Assembly: GCA_951406725.2 (NCBI GenBank)
Contig: OX597831.1
Location: 46,996,001 to 47,060,000, forward strand
Origin: Octopus vulgaris
Lineage: Eukaryota
Length of the DNA: 64,000 nt
Direction of reading: 5' to 3'
The notes beneath the pieces were generated by a model. It worked only from the letters and a program-made list of their open reading frames with translations, ran no database searches and was not told the origin of the DNA. The position numbers and the translations under genes were made by a program. Shown piece by piece: positions 1 to 13,191 of the stretch. Each line of letters begins with the position of its first letter. The stretch's first letter is position 1.

Positions 1-1266
1 TTTCCCCCTCAGTGCATTTTGCAGAGAACGAAAAAGACAGAAATCAATTCACGCAAGTTTTGGTAAATATGGTGGATGGGGTAGAACAGACAAACCAAAA
101 TACAATATTTCATCCTGCGTCATTCTTGCTGAATGTAGTTTTCCGTCATCATGAAGACGCTAAACGTTTCTCCTATTGACGAGTGCAGGGCATTTTCTTA
201 AAAGATTTCCATGCAGACGTTGCAGCTGTTGAAAGTATAAGTCGGCATTAAGTGTTTGATTGTGGTTTAAAAACTCAAAATGAATAATATCGCGGTGATT
301 CCACCGTACACACAACATAACCTTTCCATGGAGCTCAGCTTTTGAGGTAGGTTGTGAAGATTTATCTTTGTCAATCCATTGCCTTTTGCGTTGAACGTTG
401 ACATAAAAGACCTATTTTTCATCACCTGTAATATTATTGAGAAACGGGTCATTTCTCTGCCTTGAGAAAAGACTTGTCTCTATGGACATGCGATCTTCCC
501 TATTCTTCGCACTAAGAGTACGGGGAACCTATACCCCCCAGCTTGCTGACTTTTCCTATCTTTTCCAAGGGGCGGCAGATGATGGATTGAGAAGTGTTGA
601 GGCCAATTGCTAATTCCTGTGTACTTTTACGAGGATTGAATTCCACTCATTATCTTAAAGCATCTTGAGCGAAGTCTGATGAAATTTCAGGTCTGAGTTG
701 ATCTCTCATTGATAAATCTCCGGAACAAAACTTTAAAAACCAATTTCTCACTTGCCGGTCAGTAATGACACCATGACCATAGTCACTACATATTTTCTTA
801 GCTGTTTCTGTGGCGTTTTTCCCATTCTTAACCCCCCACAACAACATATGTCGAATATATACTTTCAGTTCATCCATTTTAGGTGGGGTGAAATTTATGA
901 GGGGGTGCTGAAAAGTTCATTGCTTTAAGGGTATCGCGAAAGGCCTGGTTGAAGGCCCAACCTTCCAAGTTCTTTTACAGGGCTTAGAAAAACTGAAGGA
1001 CCACTACAATAAGTGAGTGAATCTGAGAGGGGAATATGTTGAATAAAACTGTAACTAACTGATCCTCCTGTATTTTCTTTTACCCAAAGCCAAGAACTTC
1101 TCAGCACGCCCTCGTAATATTAAACTATGATGTGCACGTTTTCACTTCTTAAATATGAATGACAAACGAAGCTCTTTTAAAAACGGTAGTTTCCATTTCA
1201 ATTTTAAACAAGTAAAATTCGAAATGCATCTTTACAATTTACTTCCAAAAAAAGCTCGACCTAATA
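1..1266 (-). mobile_element. Degenerate mariner (Tc1/mariner, SETMAR/Mos1-like) element with frameshifted transposase; runs off the window edge
   Basis: ORF 650-877 gives the mariner N-terminal HTH (IRHMLLW...NATETAKKIC...TDRQVRNWF.KF.SGD). Further frames read NDPFLNNIITGDEK, VMLCVWW and VLPHPPY. The putative outer TIR end is CGACCTAATA at about 1257-1266. Confidence 0.85.
896..1116 (+). mobile_element. Mariner-derived MITE (about 220 bp) nested upstream of the mariner ORF
   Basis: TIRs are TATGAGGGGGTGCTGAAAAGTTC and GAACTTCTCAGCACGCCCTCGTA, with TA at both ends. The interior retains a transposase C-terminus-like remnant (EKLKDHYNK.VNLRGEYVE*). Confidence 0.8.
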
Positions 1267-1564
1267 CAATAAAATCTACGTTTTGCTCAGAGCATTCCGA
1301 ATAAATATAAAACAGATGCAAAGTTTCTTTCGAAGGTCATTAATGCTATAAATGAACAAACCTGAAAATATCTCCCACTGGGAAATGAAACCATATCCCT
1401 GGTTGGTCTAGTTGGCAGTTTTGATAACTGACAGAAAGCCTCTAGCTACTTCGATTTACAAATATCGATTCATACGCTAGGAATGCTTCCAATTTTATCA
1501 ACAACCGTGTTATGTCATCTGTAACTGTGTTTATGTGAGCATATCTATCTATCCTATCTTGCTC

Positions 1565-1566
1565 TC

Positions 1567-1606
<40 letters not shown>

Positions 1607-1871
1607 CTCGCATATATGTATAAGTATATATGTGTGTATGTTGGTATGTGTGTTGGTGTGTGTGTTGGTGTGTGTGTGTGTACGCATATATGCACGCACG
1701 CATATATATGTATATATGTGTATACACACATGTGCATGTGTGTGTTTAGTTACAAATACAATTACACACGAATGTATGTATATATGTATGCATGTACGTA
1801 TGTATGTATTCATGTGTATGTATGTATTTATAGATGGATGGATGGATGGATGGACGAATAGATGGATGAGT

Positions 1872-1908
<37 letters not shown>

Positions 1909-2230
1909 TGTATGCTCGCATATATGTATAAGTATATATGTGTGTGTTGGTATGTGCGTTGGTGTCTGTGTTGGTGTGTGTGTGTGTACGCATATATGCA
2001 CGCACGCATATGTGTATATATGTGTATACACACATGTGCATGTGTGTGTTTAGTTACAAATACAATTACACACGAATGTATGTATGTATGTATATATGTA
2101 TGTATGCATGTACGTATGTATGTATGCATGTGTATGTATGTATTTATAGATGGATGGATGGATGGATGGATGGACGAATAGATGGATGAGTGTGTATTTG
2201 TGTGTGTGTGTGTGTATGTATTTGTATACG
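1565..2230. repeat. Compound microsatellite block tandemly duplicated with a period of about 310 bp
   Basis: Unique-looking spacers (GTATGCTCGCATATATGTATAAG; TTTAGTTACAAATACAATTACACACG; GGACGAATAGATGGATGAG) each occur twice about 310 bp apart among (TG)n/(GATG)n. Confidence 0.85.
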
Positions 2231-2804
2231 TACACACACATATACTTAAGTTTATACGCGTCTACTCTCATAATTCACTTACACACACACACACACACAT
2301 ACACACACATACACGCACTCTTATACTTACACATATACATATTCATGTGTATGTATATCTACACATATTCGTACATGTCTCTCTCTGTGTGTGCGCCCGT
2401 GAGCGCCTACTCACCGACATATACACCTATACACCTTTTACACAAAATCGCATCCAGACCAGCATCAGAAATAAAAGTGACAAGGCGGCTTCTCTAACTT
2501 TAATAACGAGATGAACTCCAATCCTATCTACGCTTTGCTTTTCTTCTTCATTACAGATATCTCCACAATCTTCTCACGCCGTTCCTGTAAACAGTGGATA
2601 ATGTCGGGAAAGTGGAGGAAATGCCGCTAGCATTATATGTTCTCTATTTGGACACAGACCAACCAAATATGGCATAGAATTATTTTCCGAATAGATTATT
2701 GAAAGAAGGAAACTGGACAGCAAGAAATAATATCTATTGACAATTTAGTTGTCTATCTATCGTGTGCTATATTTTGTTTCTATTTCTGTTTTTCTTTGTA
2801 ACTG

Positions 2805-2850
2805 TATATGTGTGTGTCCGTGTGTGTGAGTATGTCCGTGTGTCCGCGTG

Positions 2851-2891
<41 letters not shown>

Positions 2892-2892
2892 A

Positions 2893-2947
<55 letters not shown>

Positions 2948-3104
2948 GTGTGTGTGTGTGTATTATTTTGGCTTCCAGAAACCTAATTTCAGGTCTTGTA
3001 GGAATCCTAAACTCTCTAGACATAATGTGCGCACGCGTACATTTGTTCAAAGAAATACATATATCGGTACACCGTGCACACATTATAAACGTGCAAAGTT
3101 TAAA

Positions 3105-3192
<88 letters not shown>

Positions 3193-3247
3193 TTGCGTGT
3201 GTGTGTGTTTGCGTGTGTGTGTGTGTATGTGTGTGTGTGTGTGTGTT

Positions 3248-3287
<40 letters not shown>

Positions 3288-3295
3288 CCTGTGTA

Positions 3296-3326
<31 letters not shown>

Positions 3327-3541
3327 ACATGTGTATGTATGCATGTATGTCATTATTCAGTTTTATTTCAAGATTTCTTGCCAATACAAAAAGTGCTGGT
3401 TTCTAACCTAGATCCGATGTCCCTTCATTGGAATTTCAACAACATCAACAGACTATTTTTGTATGTATGTATGTATGTATGTATGTATGTATGTATGTAT
3501 GTATGTATGTATGCATGCTTGTATTTATGTATGTATGTATG

Positions 3542-3575
<34 letters not shown>

Positions 3576-3966
3576 TGTATGTATGTATGTATGTATGTAT
3601 GTATGTATGCTTGTATTTATGTATGTATGTATGTATGTATGTATGTATGTATGTATGTATGTATGTATGTATGTATGTATGTATGTATGCATGCAGGCTT
3701 GTATATTTTGTTTTATGCATTTATTCTCATACGTATAGTTGCATATCTAGACATGCTCCTGTGATAAACTTCTGAAACGTTTTACAGATTTTTACAGTTC
3801 CAGTGATGGATTGGAATCAGCTTTCTCCTTTCTGGTTTTGAGAAGCCAAATTTCTCAAGATTGGTATTTAGGCATTGTGTTACATATCCCAGAGTCCCAA
3901 TAATTACAGGTATAAACAGACAGATATAAATAGATAGATATAAATAGACTGATAGAAAGAAATAAA

Positions 3967-4030
<64 letters not shown>

Positions 4031-4087
4031 GTAGGTAGGTAGGTAGGTAGGTAGGTAGGTAGGTAGGTAGGTAGGTAGGTAGGTAGG

Positions 4088-4150
<63 letters not shown>

Positions 4151-4242
4151 GTAGGTAGGTAGGTAGGTAGGTAGGTAGGTAGGTCGGTATGTATGTAGGA
4201 GGTAGGTAGGTAGGTAGGTAGGTAGGTAGGTAGGTAGGTAGG

Positions 4243-4307
<65 letters not shown>

Positions 4308-4310
4308 GAC
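2805..4310. repeat. Long microsatellite field: (TG)n, (TATG)n, (AGAT)n/(AGGT)n
   Basis: Directly visible simple repeats at about 2805-2960, 3110-3330, 3460-3690 and 3980-4308. Confidence 0.97.
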
Positions 4311-4974
4311 CATCTGCATATTTTAGGTATTGATTGATTCACACCTCTTACTTGCATTTCAAAAAAAAAACTGTTTATACTATTTTGTGGCGTCCAGACA
4401 TGCTAAGCGAAAGGTGGAAAATGACCGACGGAAGGTGAGTAGAACAAAAGTGTTTCGATAGGAGAGCTTAGTCAAAGAGAAGAAAGCGGTCGAAAGATTT
4501 AGGCAGGTGCTAAGTGGCCATAGATTTGGCAGAGATCTTGCAGTTGAATGGCAAGTGAAAGAGAGAAGAGAATGAAAACATTTTCTCCATCCATCCAATT
4601 GTTGCAGATCATTGTTTCATGGTTTCAAATTCCGCTCATATCATATATATTTGTATATATGCTCTTTCTTATATGTAAAGATGTAAAAAGATGATCGGTA
4701 AGTAAAAAAGAAGTAAATTAAGTTGACATGGCCTATAAAGAAATTGATAATGTGGGTGTAGTTGATCCCTACCGGCAAAACAGAGATCAAATTGTCCTTT
4801 CCTTAACATGCACATCATCTCAAGAATTTATCCTTAATTTCTGGAAATTATCTTCTCTTTCACTTGAGAGATACTAACAAATGCCGTTAAACTTCGTTTC
4901 TTTATCGAACCTCAGCAGGAGATTTCAGTACATCAAGAACTTATTGAGTGCGACATTCAGTACAACTCACTTAG

Positions 4975-5222
4975 TTCTCGAGCAAGGCACTTTATTTCAC
5001 GTTGCTCCAGTTCACTCAGCTGTAGAAATGAGTTGCGACGTCACTGGTGCCAAGCTGTATCGACCTTTGTCTTCCCTTGGATAACACTGGTGTCGTGGGG
5101 AGGCTGGTATGCATGGGCGACTGCTGGCCTTCCATAAACAACCTTGCCCGGACTTGTGTCTAGGAGGGTAACTTTCTAGGTGCAATCCCATGGTCATTCA
5201 TGACCGAAGGGGGTCTTTACCC

Positions 5223-5228
<6 letters not shown>
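4975..5228 (+). mobile_element. 5'-truncated tRNA-SINE (family D)
   Basis: The same body (GAGCAAGGCACTTTATTTCACGTTGCTCCAG...GGTAACTTTCTAGGTGCAATCCCATGG) recurs at 26245-26580, 57380-57700 and partly at 53465-53565. Confidence 0.85.
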
Positions 5229-5265
<37 letters not shown>

Positions 5266-5985
5266 TCACTGATTCTGTCCCCTGCCTTCCACCCTCTTTG
5301 ATTCCCTCTCTCTCTGTCTCTCTTTCTCTCTCTCTCCTGCAACTTAACCATTCTGCTGCTTCTTAACCATTCTGTTGGCGATCGACCAACATGTGTCCCC
5401 TCTACCGAAACGGTAATTATTTCTACGCCAGCTGCTATGTTGTTGTTGTTTTTGTCTCATTTGGTCTAAAGTCGTAAGACAACCATCGTTATATTTTGTT
5501 TATCCATTACTGTTTTCAATTTCGTTTTCGTCTCTTGTATTTACATCCGTCTCGTGCGTTCACATTCCTGTCTTCTACCAAGAAATCTAATGCTTACAGC
5601 TTAGTTTTTTTCTTGGGGCTGGCCGAGTTGGAGCAAATATCAGAATTGAACAGCCGAAATTTGCTATGATGATTCGGTGTCTGACTGAAGATTGAAGGCT
5701 TCGAATGATTTGTCTGTGTTCCGTGTTCGTCCCTTCCTGTATTTCACGTTCTTTATATATAAAAACATTTATTCTTATATATATATATACACTGGCCAAA
5801 ATAAATTTAAGACCGATGATAAAAGTTCTATTTCTTACAAACTATTTTGTTACTAACTCCTTACAAATTATTTTTATCTTTTACACCTTATGCAGAATTT
5901 ATTTCTCTTTCGAATGATGCAGACAATAACTATTTTTATACAACTTAACCTTTTATCAGTCTTAAATATATTTTCGCCAGTGTGC

Positions 5986-6085
<100 letters not shown>

Positions 6086-6618
6086 TGTGGAGTTTAACGC
6101 AGGTGTAATTCAAATTCTTTTACTTCCGACACATGTTTCGAAGATATCACTGATATTATTCTAAAGGAATAAAATGGTGTAAAACAATGTAATCTTCTCT
6201 TCAGGGAAGTGAAGAAATGAAACTCGTCAATAAGACATTTTAACAGAAAAGAATGGATATGTATAGTGATTAACTGAACACTATTAATATTGTTTAAAAA
6301 AAACGTTATAGGATATAAATGTCAGAGGTAGCCTATAGAAAAAGGGGGAGGGGAAGTAAAGAAAAACTAAATAAATGAGAAGTATATGGCTATATGTATA
6401 TTAAATAAAACCTTATAGACTAGGAAAAATATATATTTAGTGAATGTGAAATATAAAAAGAAAATTAATGTTTAAATTATATATAACGGTTGTGCATCAG
6501 AATGGCCGCAGCTCTCAGCTGAAACTAGAGAGAGAGAAAAATGCTAGAGATCACTTATATGAACTAAAGGTGTGTTTTTGCCAATGTTTACATCGGTATG
6601 CACGCTCTATAACCGTGT

Positions 6619-7200
6619 TTACAAGGGGATTTTTAGAAAAACAAGAATGAAAAATAGTTCAGAATTACAGAGAAGACAGAATTCCTTGCCTTTGTCATAA
6701 GGTATCGAGATTGAGAGAATCAAACAATCTAAATTAAACTGTTTATTGTGGTCTTTTAGATCCCAAATTAATTTACTAAGCCTTGTACTGTTACCGTTAT
6801 TTCTATCCCTAAATGTCGAGTAATGATTAGAATTTCTTCTAGATAACTGTGAAGACGTGCTTCCAATATAAAAATATACTTGATTATGAGTAGTAATTTT
6901 ACACTGGTATATAGAATTTTTAATTTTAGAGTTACTTGACATAAATTTGATTCTGTTGGAATTGACTTCAGATACAAAAACCTTGTTATTAATAATTCTA
7001 GATGGATGGATGGTATTAGCTAAATCAATGTTAGTATTAGTAAATGTATTAATATTTAACAGGTTGGTATTATGTGAAGATATAATTTGTAAGAGATTTT
7101 TAGATTCGTGAAGCTATTATTAGGAATTTTCCAAAGAATTCTAGGTATTACTGTATTATCAACCCACATAAGGTTAGGATTGGTTTTTCCAACGCTAAAA
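6619..7200 (-). pseudogene. Penelope-like retroelement fragment with GIY-YIG endonuclease
   Basis: SIYQCKIT...YFYIGST....RR.SNHYSTFR...STRLSKLIWDLKD...CLLCNSELFFI matches the PLE GIY-YIG C-terminus. The upstream frame gives LQIISSHN, typical of the region following the PLE RT. Confidence 0.8.
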
Positions 7201-7416
7201 ATCTTGATATTTACATTTCACTGGATGGAGTGCATTCTTTGCTGATTCTACCAACATTGGATCTATAAACTATATGTGTGTGTGTACATGTATATATATG
7301 TATATAAGCATACATAAGTATGCGTCCATATGTGCGTGTGTGTGTGTATGCATGCATAGACGTAATGTGTGTGTAGATATACATGTATATGTGTGTGTGC
7401 TTGAGAGTATGTGTAA

Positions 7417-7870
7417 GAGTGGCTGTGTGGTTAAAAGCTTGCTTCCCGACCACATGGTTCGGGGTTCAGTCCCTCTGCGAGTCACCTTGGACAAGTGCTT
7501 TCTTTTATAACCTCGGGCTGACCAAAGCCTTGTGAGTAGATTTGGTGGACAGAAACTGAAAGAAGCCCGTCGTATACATGTGTATGTGTGTGTGTGTGCG
7601 CGCGTGTGTGTGCGCGCGTGTGTGTGCGCGCGTGTGTGTGTGCGCGCGTGTGTGCATGTGTGTGTCTTTGTGTCAGTGTTTGTCCCCATCCACCACCACC
7701 GCTTGACGACCGGTGTAGGTGTGTTTACATATCCTTAACATTGCGGTTCGGCTTAAGTAACCAATAAAACAATCACCAGTCTTTTTAAACAGACGACTAT
7801 TGCGGTTCGTACATTCTACTAAAAATTCCTCCGGGCGGTGCCCCAAGACGGCCGCAGTCTGTAACAAGCA
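7417..7870 (+). mobile_element. Composite tRNA-SINE (family A) with internal microsatellite
   Basis: Head GAGTGGCTGTGTGGT...GGTTCAGTCCC, body ...GAAACTGAAAGAAGCCCGTCG, internal (TG)n, then a conserved 3' half. Many copies occur in the window. Confidence 0.85.
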
Positions 7871-8304
7871 AAGCAAAAAAGATAAATGTGTGTGTGCGTG
7901 TGTGTATGTGTGTGTGTGTGTGTGTGTATGTGTGTGAGTGTGAGTGCGTATGTGTATGTAGGGGGGAGGGGTGTTTGTATATGTGCATATACGTAGGTGT
8001 TTATAAGTTTATGACCTAACGAGTATATATAAATCTATACAATCAGTCAATTCTAGTTTTTTTTTGTTTTGTTTTGTTCTTTTATTTCTTAATTTCTATT
8101 AGATTATCTGTCTTATCTTCACAAAAGCCAACGCAAAAAATCAAACATTTCTAAGGGTAATAAAGAGAGACTAGGGGTGATTACGTTTTATATATGTCTA
8201 TTAATGTGTCTGTCACCGTACACTTATCTGAGTCGACCTAGTTGTCCAGGTATCTATTTTTTTTTTATATCTGTACTCAGGTGTGCGTCTATAGATGAGT
8301 GTTG

Positions 8305-8380
<76 letters not shown>

Positions 8381-8632
8381 ATGTATGTATGCATGCATGT
8401 ATGTATATCACCTGTGCGTGTAATGCGTAGGTGTGTGTTTATTATGTGGGTGTGTGAATACATACGTACATGTACATCTGTATATCTAGGTATAGTTCCG
8501 CTTTTCAACCACATTGTCCCGGGTTCGGTTCCACTGCATGGCACCTTTGGCAAGTGTCTTCTTCTATAGCCCCTCGAGCAGACCAGAGCCTTGTGAGTGA
8601 ATTTGGTAGACGAAAACTAAAAGAAACCTGCC

Positions 8633-8679
<47 letters not shown>

Positions 8680-8683
<4 letters not shown>

Positions 8684-8982
8684 CGTGACCGACCAGGCAA
8701 TCAGATGTTGCTACAGATCTCTGGTCACAATGCGTTTCGCATTGTTTTAGCCTTCAAATGACGCCACCCCGCTGGCTAAACGAGGAGGCCAACAGAAGAA
8801 ATAGTGAGAGAAAGTTGTGGCGAAAGAGTACAGCAGGGATCACCACCACCCCCTGCCGGAGCCTCGTGGAGCTTTAGGTGTTTTCGCTCAATAAACACTC
8901 ACAAAGCCCGGTCTAGGAATCGAAACCACGATCCTACAACCGCGAGTCCGCTGCCCTAACCACTGGGCCATTGCGCCTCCAC
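8680..8982 (-). mobile_element. tRNA(Arg-like)-headed SINE (family B, tail type 2)
   Basis: On the minus strand: A box TGGCCCAGTGG, B-box-like GGTTTCGATTCC, and anticodon-like TCG. The same tail occurs in the copy at 42788-43088. Confidence 0.85.
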
Positions 8983-9001
8983 ATGTATGTATGTATGTAT
9001 G

Positions 9002-9051
<50 letters not shown>

Positions 9052-9640
9052 TACGTGTATGAGTGTGTGTGTGTGTATGTGCGCGTGCGCGTTTGTGTGT
9101 ATGTATGTGCCCCACCTCCACTTGACAGCCAGTGCTGATTTACGTCCCCGTAACTTAGGGGTTAGCCGGTAAAAAAACGGATAGACTAAGTACCGGGCTT
9201 ACAAGAATAAGTACTGAGGCGATTTGTTCGATTAAACCAAGGGTGGGGAACCAGTGGCCTTCCAGGCCCTTATATGTGGCCCTGGGATAAATCCAAATTT
9301 TGTAGAACAAATCTTTTATTGTTACTAATATGTTTTTGTTCGTCTTTTATTATTTTTATTTTATCCTTAAAATGAACGTATTTGAAAAATTCCGAAGAGT
9401 AAAGAAAAACCTCAACGAATTAATTCTCCCTGAGTAACCACCACAATTTAAAAATTGATAAGTCATAAGGGCTATTTGGACACCTGCTACCCTCATGGTT
9501 TATATATTAGCGACATAGTATTAATACGGAGAGGTAATATTTATCCCCATTTAAATGTGGTTGTTCTGTTATAACAAACTATACTGCGATAGTTAGCTAA
9601 TGACTGGAACTGAAGCCATTAAATTCTAGTTTGATAATTA

Positions 9641-9966
9641 AAAAAAAAACTATAAACGTCGCCCTTTTCAAGCCTAGCCAGGTTCATGGGCCCGGTTTCC
9701 CGGTTTCTGTGGCGTATGTGTCCGCCCACTAGCCGGACGGGACGCTAGTCCATCGCAGCGTTATTCAAGAAACAGGAAGAGAGAGTGAGAGAAAGTTGTG
9801 GCGAAAGAGTGCAACAGGGGTCGCCACCCCACCTCTGCCGAAGCCTTGTGGAGCTTTTTAGGTGTTTTCGCTCAATAAACACTCACAACGCCCGGTCTGG
9901 GAATCGAAACCGCGATCCTACAACCGCGAGTCCGCTGCCCTAACCACTGGGCCACTGCGCCTCCAC
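9641..9966 (-). mobile_element. Family B SINE (tail type 1) inserted in the hAT element
   Basis: tRNA-like head at 9965-9890 and a perfect 13-bp TSD AGTTTGATAATTA at 9628-9640 and 9967-9979. Confidence 0.9.
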
Positions 9967-10306
9967 AGTTTGATAATTATACATCTGAAATACTAAAACG
10001 CGTAGGAAAGAACTAAACGTAAAGTTTGTTCAAACAGAACATCCACATTTAAGTGAGGATAAACATTATCTCTCGGCATTAATACTGCTTCTATTGATAA
10101 TATACGATTTTTAACAAGCTCAGTGGCTAATCGTGACACCAGCGACTGTTCTGGCACTGCTTTTTTTTTTAATATCGCTGGCGGGGAGATGAGACACTAC
10201 TCTTTTTAGCGGTCGATCGTCCATCATTGACGAGACCAAGGAAGGTCGAAATTACGTGATCTGGTGATGTCGGCACTGGAAACGGCGGGGATATATCTCC
10301 CCGCTA

Positions 10307-10617
10307 GGAAGCACAATGGCCCAGTGGTTAGGGCAGCAGACTCGCGGTCGGAGGATCGCGGTCTTGATTCCCAGACCGGGCGTTGTGTGTGTTTATTGAG
10401 CGAAAACACATAAAAGCTCCACGAGGCTCCGGCAGGGGGTGGTGGCGACCCCTGTTGCACTCTTTCGCCACAACTTTCTCTCGCTCTCTCTTCCTGTTTC
10501 TTGAGTAACGCTGCGATGGACTGGCGTCCCGTCCAGCAGGGTGGAACACATATGCCACAGAAACCGGGAAACCGGGCCCATGAGCCTGGCTAGGCTTGAA
10601 AAGAGCGTAAAAAAAAA
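10307..10617 (+). mobile_element. Family B SINE (tail type 1) inserted in the hAT element
   Basis: Head CAATGGCCCAGTGGTTAGGGCAGC, A-rich end, and imperfect ATCTCC flanking duplication. It is the reverse complement of the copy at 9641-9966. Confidence 0.88.
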
Positions 10618-10999
10618 TCTCCTTGCAGCGATATAAGCTAGCGTGCATTTTGCACCAAAAGCCAATATGAGAGATTCTCTTATTGTAACTGCCGCAGTAT
10701 AGTTTGTTCTAATAGAACATTCATGTTGGGATGCATATTACAGCTCATGATTTAGTTGTAATGCGACTCTAGATTGCACGTTGATTTCTCCGCCTCACTG
10801 ATGCCACGACTGTCCGAGGCTGATTAGCGAGAGTCCATGACAAACCAGTACACCGGTGATTATCAGCTCGTGGCAACGGTGCACGTGGATTTCCATTTGA
10901 AGTGGAATATGAGGATAGTTATACAGCCTGGCCGTATGTGTATAATTGCTTTATTTTATTCTTTTTTATTTTGTCTTTTTAACAGTCCATCATATTACA

Positions 11000-12780
11000 G
11001 AAGACCAAGAGAACGCTGAAGGAAGAAAACAGTGGTTTTAATGAGGATTGGAAAATGCAATATTATTTTTTGTCTACTAGAGATAAGTTGATTTGCTTTG
11101 TTTGTGATACTACAATATCAACATTGAAGAAATTCAATGCTCATCAGCATTACGTCACATATAAGGACCACAAATATTTCTAATTAGAAGGAGGGGTGCA
11201 AAAGGCTCCATTGCAGAAATTAAAAGATTCAAAGCAAAAGCAAAGACGGCTATTTCAAGCAGTTGTAAGAAATAGTCAGAAATAAAGCCAGTGAAATAAT
11301 TTATAAAGTAGCTTATATACACTCACGGAAAAAAAAAGGGGGAGGAGCCAATCAGAGATGTGAAAATCATAAAAGAATAGCGTTATCGAAATTTTAGGAT
11401 GCATAGACCCCGATAAGGTTTTGAAGTACAAACAACTGCCTCTTTCAAAGAGAACCATAACTGATCGGCAGCATGAATTAACCCTCAACGTAACCGAACA
11501 ACACAATATTCCAAAAGGAAATTATATGTTATTATTCGATCGCTTTGGCTGAATCAATTGATACTGTTGACTCAGCATAGGTTTTTATACTTCATTCGGG
11601 CCATAACAGAAGATTTTGTTTGCTACGAAGAGTTACTGACTTAGGGCATTCTTACGGGTAGAACACGAGGAATAGATGTCTTCACAAACTTTCAAAATAA
11701 ATGTGAATTTGATCTGAATTTGGTTAATTTAGTGAGTGTATGTACAGACGGTGCACTTTCTATGAAAGGAAAAAATAAAGAGTTTATTGCGCGGATAAAA
11801 AAATGTATTATCAGATCCGGATGTTCTCATCTCTCTTCATTGTACCGTACATCAGCGAAATTACTGTGCTAAATCCACTATTCTAAGTGACTCTTTGCAA
11901 CAAGTTGTAAGTATTGTTAACTGTATTCGTGCAAATACAACACGGCATCGTCAGTTCCGATGAGGTATTCAGGGTGGATTTTCCGTATCATTCTAAATTA
12001 TGTTGGCTATCGTAGGGACAGGTGTTAGCAAAATGTTTATCTTTGCAAGAACAGATAATTAAATTTTATGAAGAACAGAATCAGCAATGTGAATTATTGA
12101 AGGAAGATTTCTATACAAATGCTACATTTTTGTTAAATCATCTCAAAGCATAAGAACTTGAATATTTCTTTGCAAGGTCTAAGTCTATGTATGATATGTG
12201 GCGAAAAATCCAAGTATTTCGGGAAAAAAAGCTATAATTTTTCAAAACTCTTGTTCTTCAAGAGGAAATTTCGGATGAACATTTTACCCAGTTAGCAAGG
12301 GTTAATAAGGATTCATGCAAATCATCTGAAGAATACGCAGCTGTTATAGACTTATTAATTGGGTAATACAATGATAGGTTCATTGACCCTGAGAATCATG
12401 ACATCACACTCAAATTAGCATTTCAACCTCATCTAGTTGATGTTTTCAGGGCTCCTAAAGAACTGCAGATGGAATTAATTGTGTTCTCAGAAGATGACAT
12501 TTTAAAGTCCCTATTTGACGTTAAGAAAGACCCAGCTGAAACATGGCAAAATGCAATAGAATATCTAATCCTTCGGCAACATGCACGATAAATGTTCTCC
12601 GGCTTGTCAATCACTTACTGCTGCGAATATACAATTTCCTACCTAACCAAAATCAAAACGCCCTTAAGGTTACAAATGGCGGATACTCATATAGAGGATC
12701 GGATGAAACTTCAGATCTCTACGCTGCAACCAAATATTCAAATGCTTTCCTACAAAAAGTAGTCCCAACTGTCATTAAAA
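11000..12780 (+). pseudogene. hAT transposase pseudogene
   Basis: Frame-broken motifs FNEDWKMQYYF...LICFVC, YSIALAESIDT (SLALDESTD), VSVCTDGALSMKG, SLHCTVHQ..CAK, YHSKLCWLS.GQVL and TYCCE. Confidence 0.88.
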
Positions 12781-13191
12781 GGTTAACTTTACAATTAACA
12801 AAAATGTTTTTTTCATTTTTTTAAAAGTTAATTAGTATATAGAAGTTAAATTTTTACAAAATAAAGTAGATTTTGAAGAATATCTAATTAAAATTTCTTA
12901 AATGCGGCCTTATTATACTACAACTAACTTAATGCAGCCATCCAACGTGAAACGGTTCCCCACCTCAGGACTGAATCACTTAAGGTGGTGTCTCAGCATG
13001 ACTAATGGCTGAAGCAAAATAATGTGTGTGTGTGTGTGTGTGTGTGTATCAATACCTGTATGCATGATTCTGTACACACATGTGTAGAGAAATAAGATAC
13101 GCATGTGTGTATATATGTGGGTGTCTGTTTTTATCTTTCTAAACGTGTATATATGTACACGTGCATGTGCTTGTTCTGGTTTTTCAATATA

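Larger units (their letters stand above)
9238..12968 (+). mobile_element. hAT DNA transposon (Buster/Charlie, GTF2IRD2/EPM2AIP1-like), full length but decayed
   Basis: Imperfect 15-bp TIRs CAAGGGTGGGGAACC and GGTTCCCCACCTCAG. Degenerate 8-bp TSD GATTAAAC / GACTGAAT, derived from GACTAAAC in the host SINE, with central TA. Confidence 0.85.
8500..13020 (+). mobile_element. Family A SINE split by a family B SINE and by a hAT transposon
   Basis: The 5' half lies at 8500-8640 and the 3' half at 9100-9237. The remaining tail (TTAAGGTGGTGTCTCAGCATG...) resumes after 12968. Confidence 0.75.

Noticed and set aside
1442-4357. Long ORFs (up to 318 aa) rich in CV, HT, MYVC and YLSI/YLPT
   Set aside because: They are translations of (TG)n, (TATG)n and (AGAT)n microsatellites. 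The same applies to 35867-36505 and similar ORFs.
11000-12780. Functional GTF2IRD2/EPM2AIP1/ZBED gene
   Set aside because: It has many stops and frameshifts and is bounded by TIRs and a TSD.
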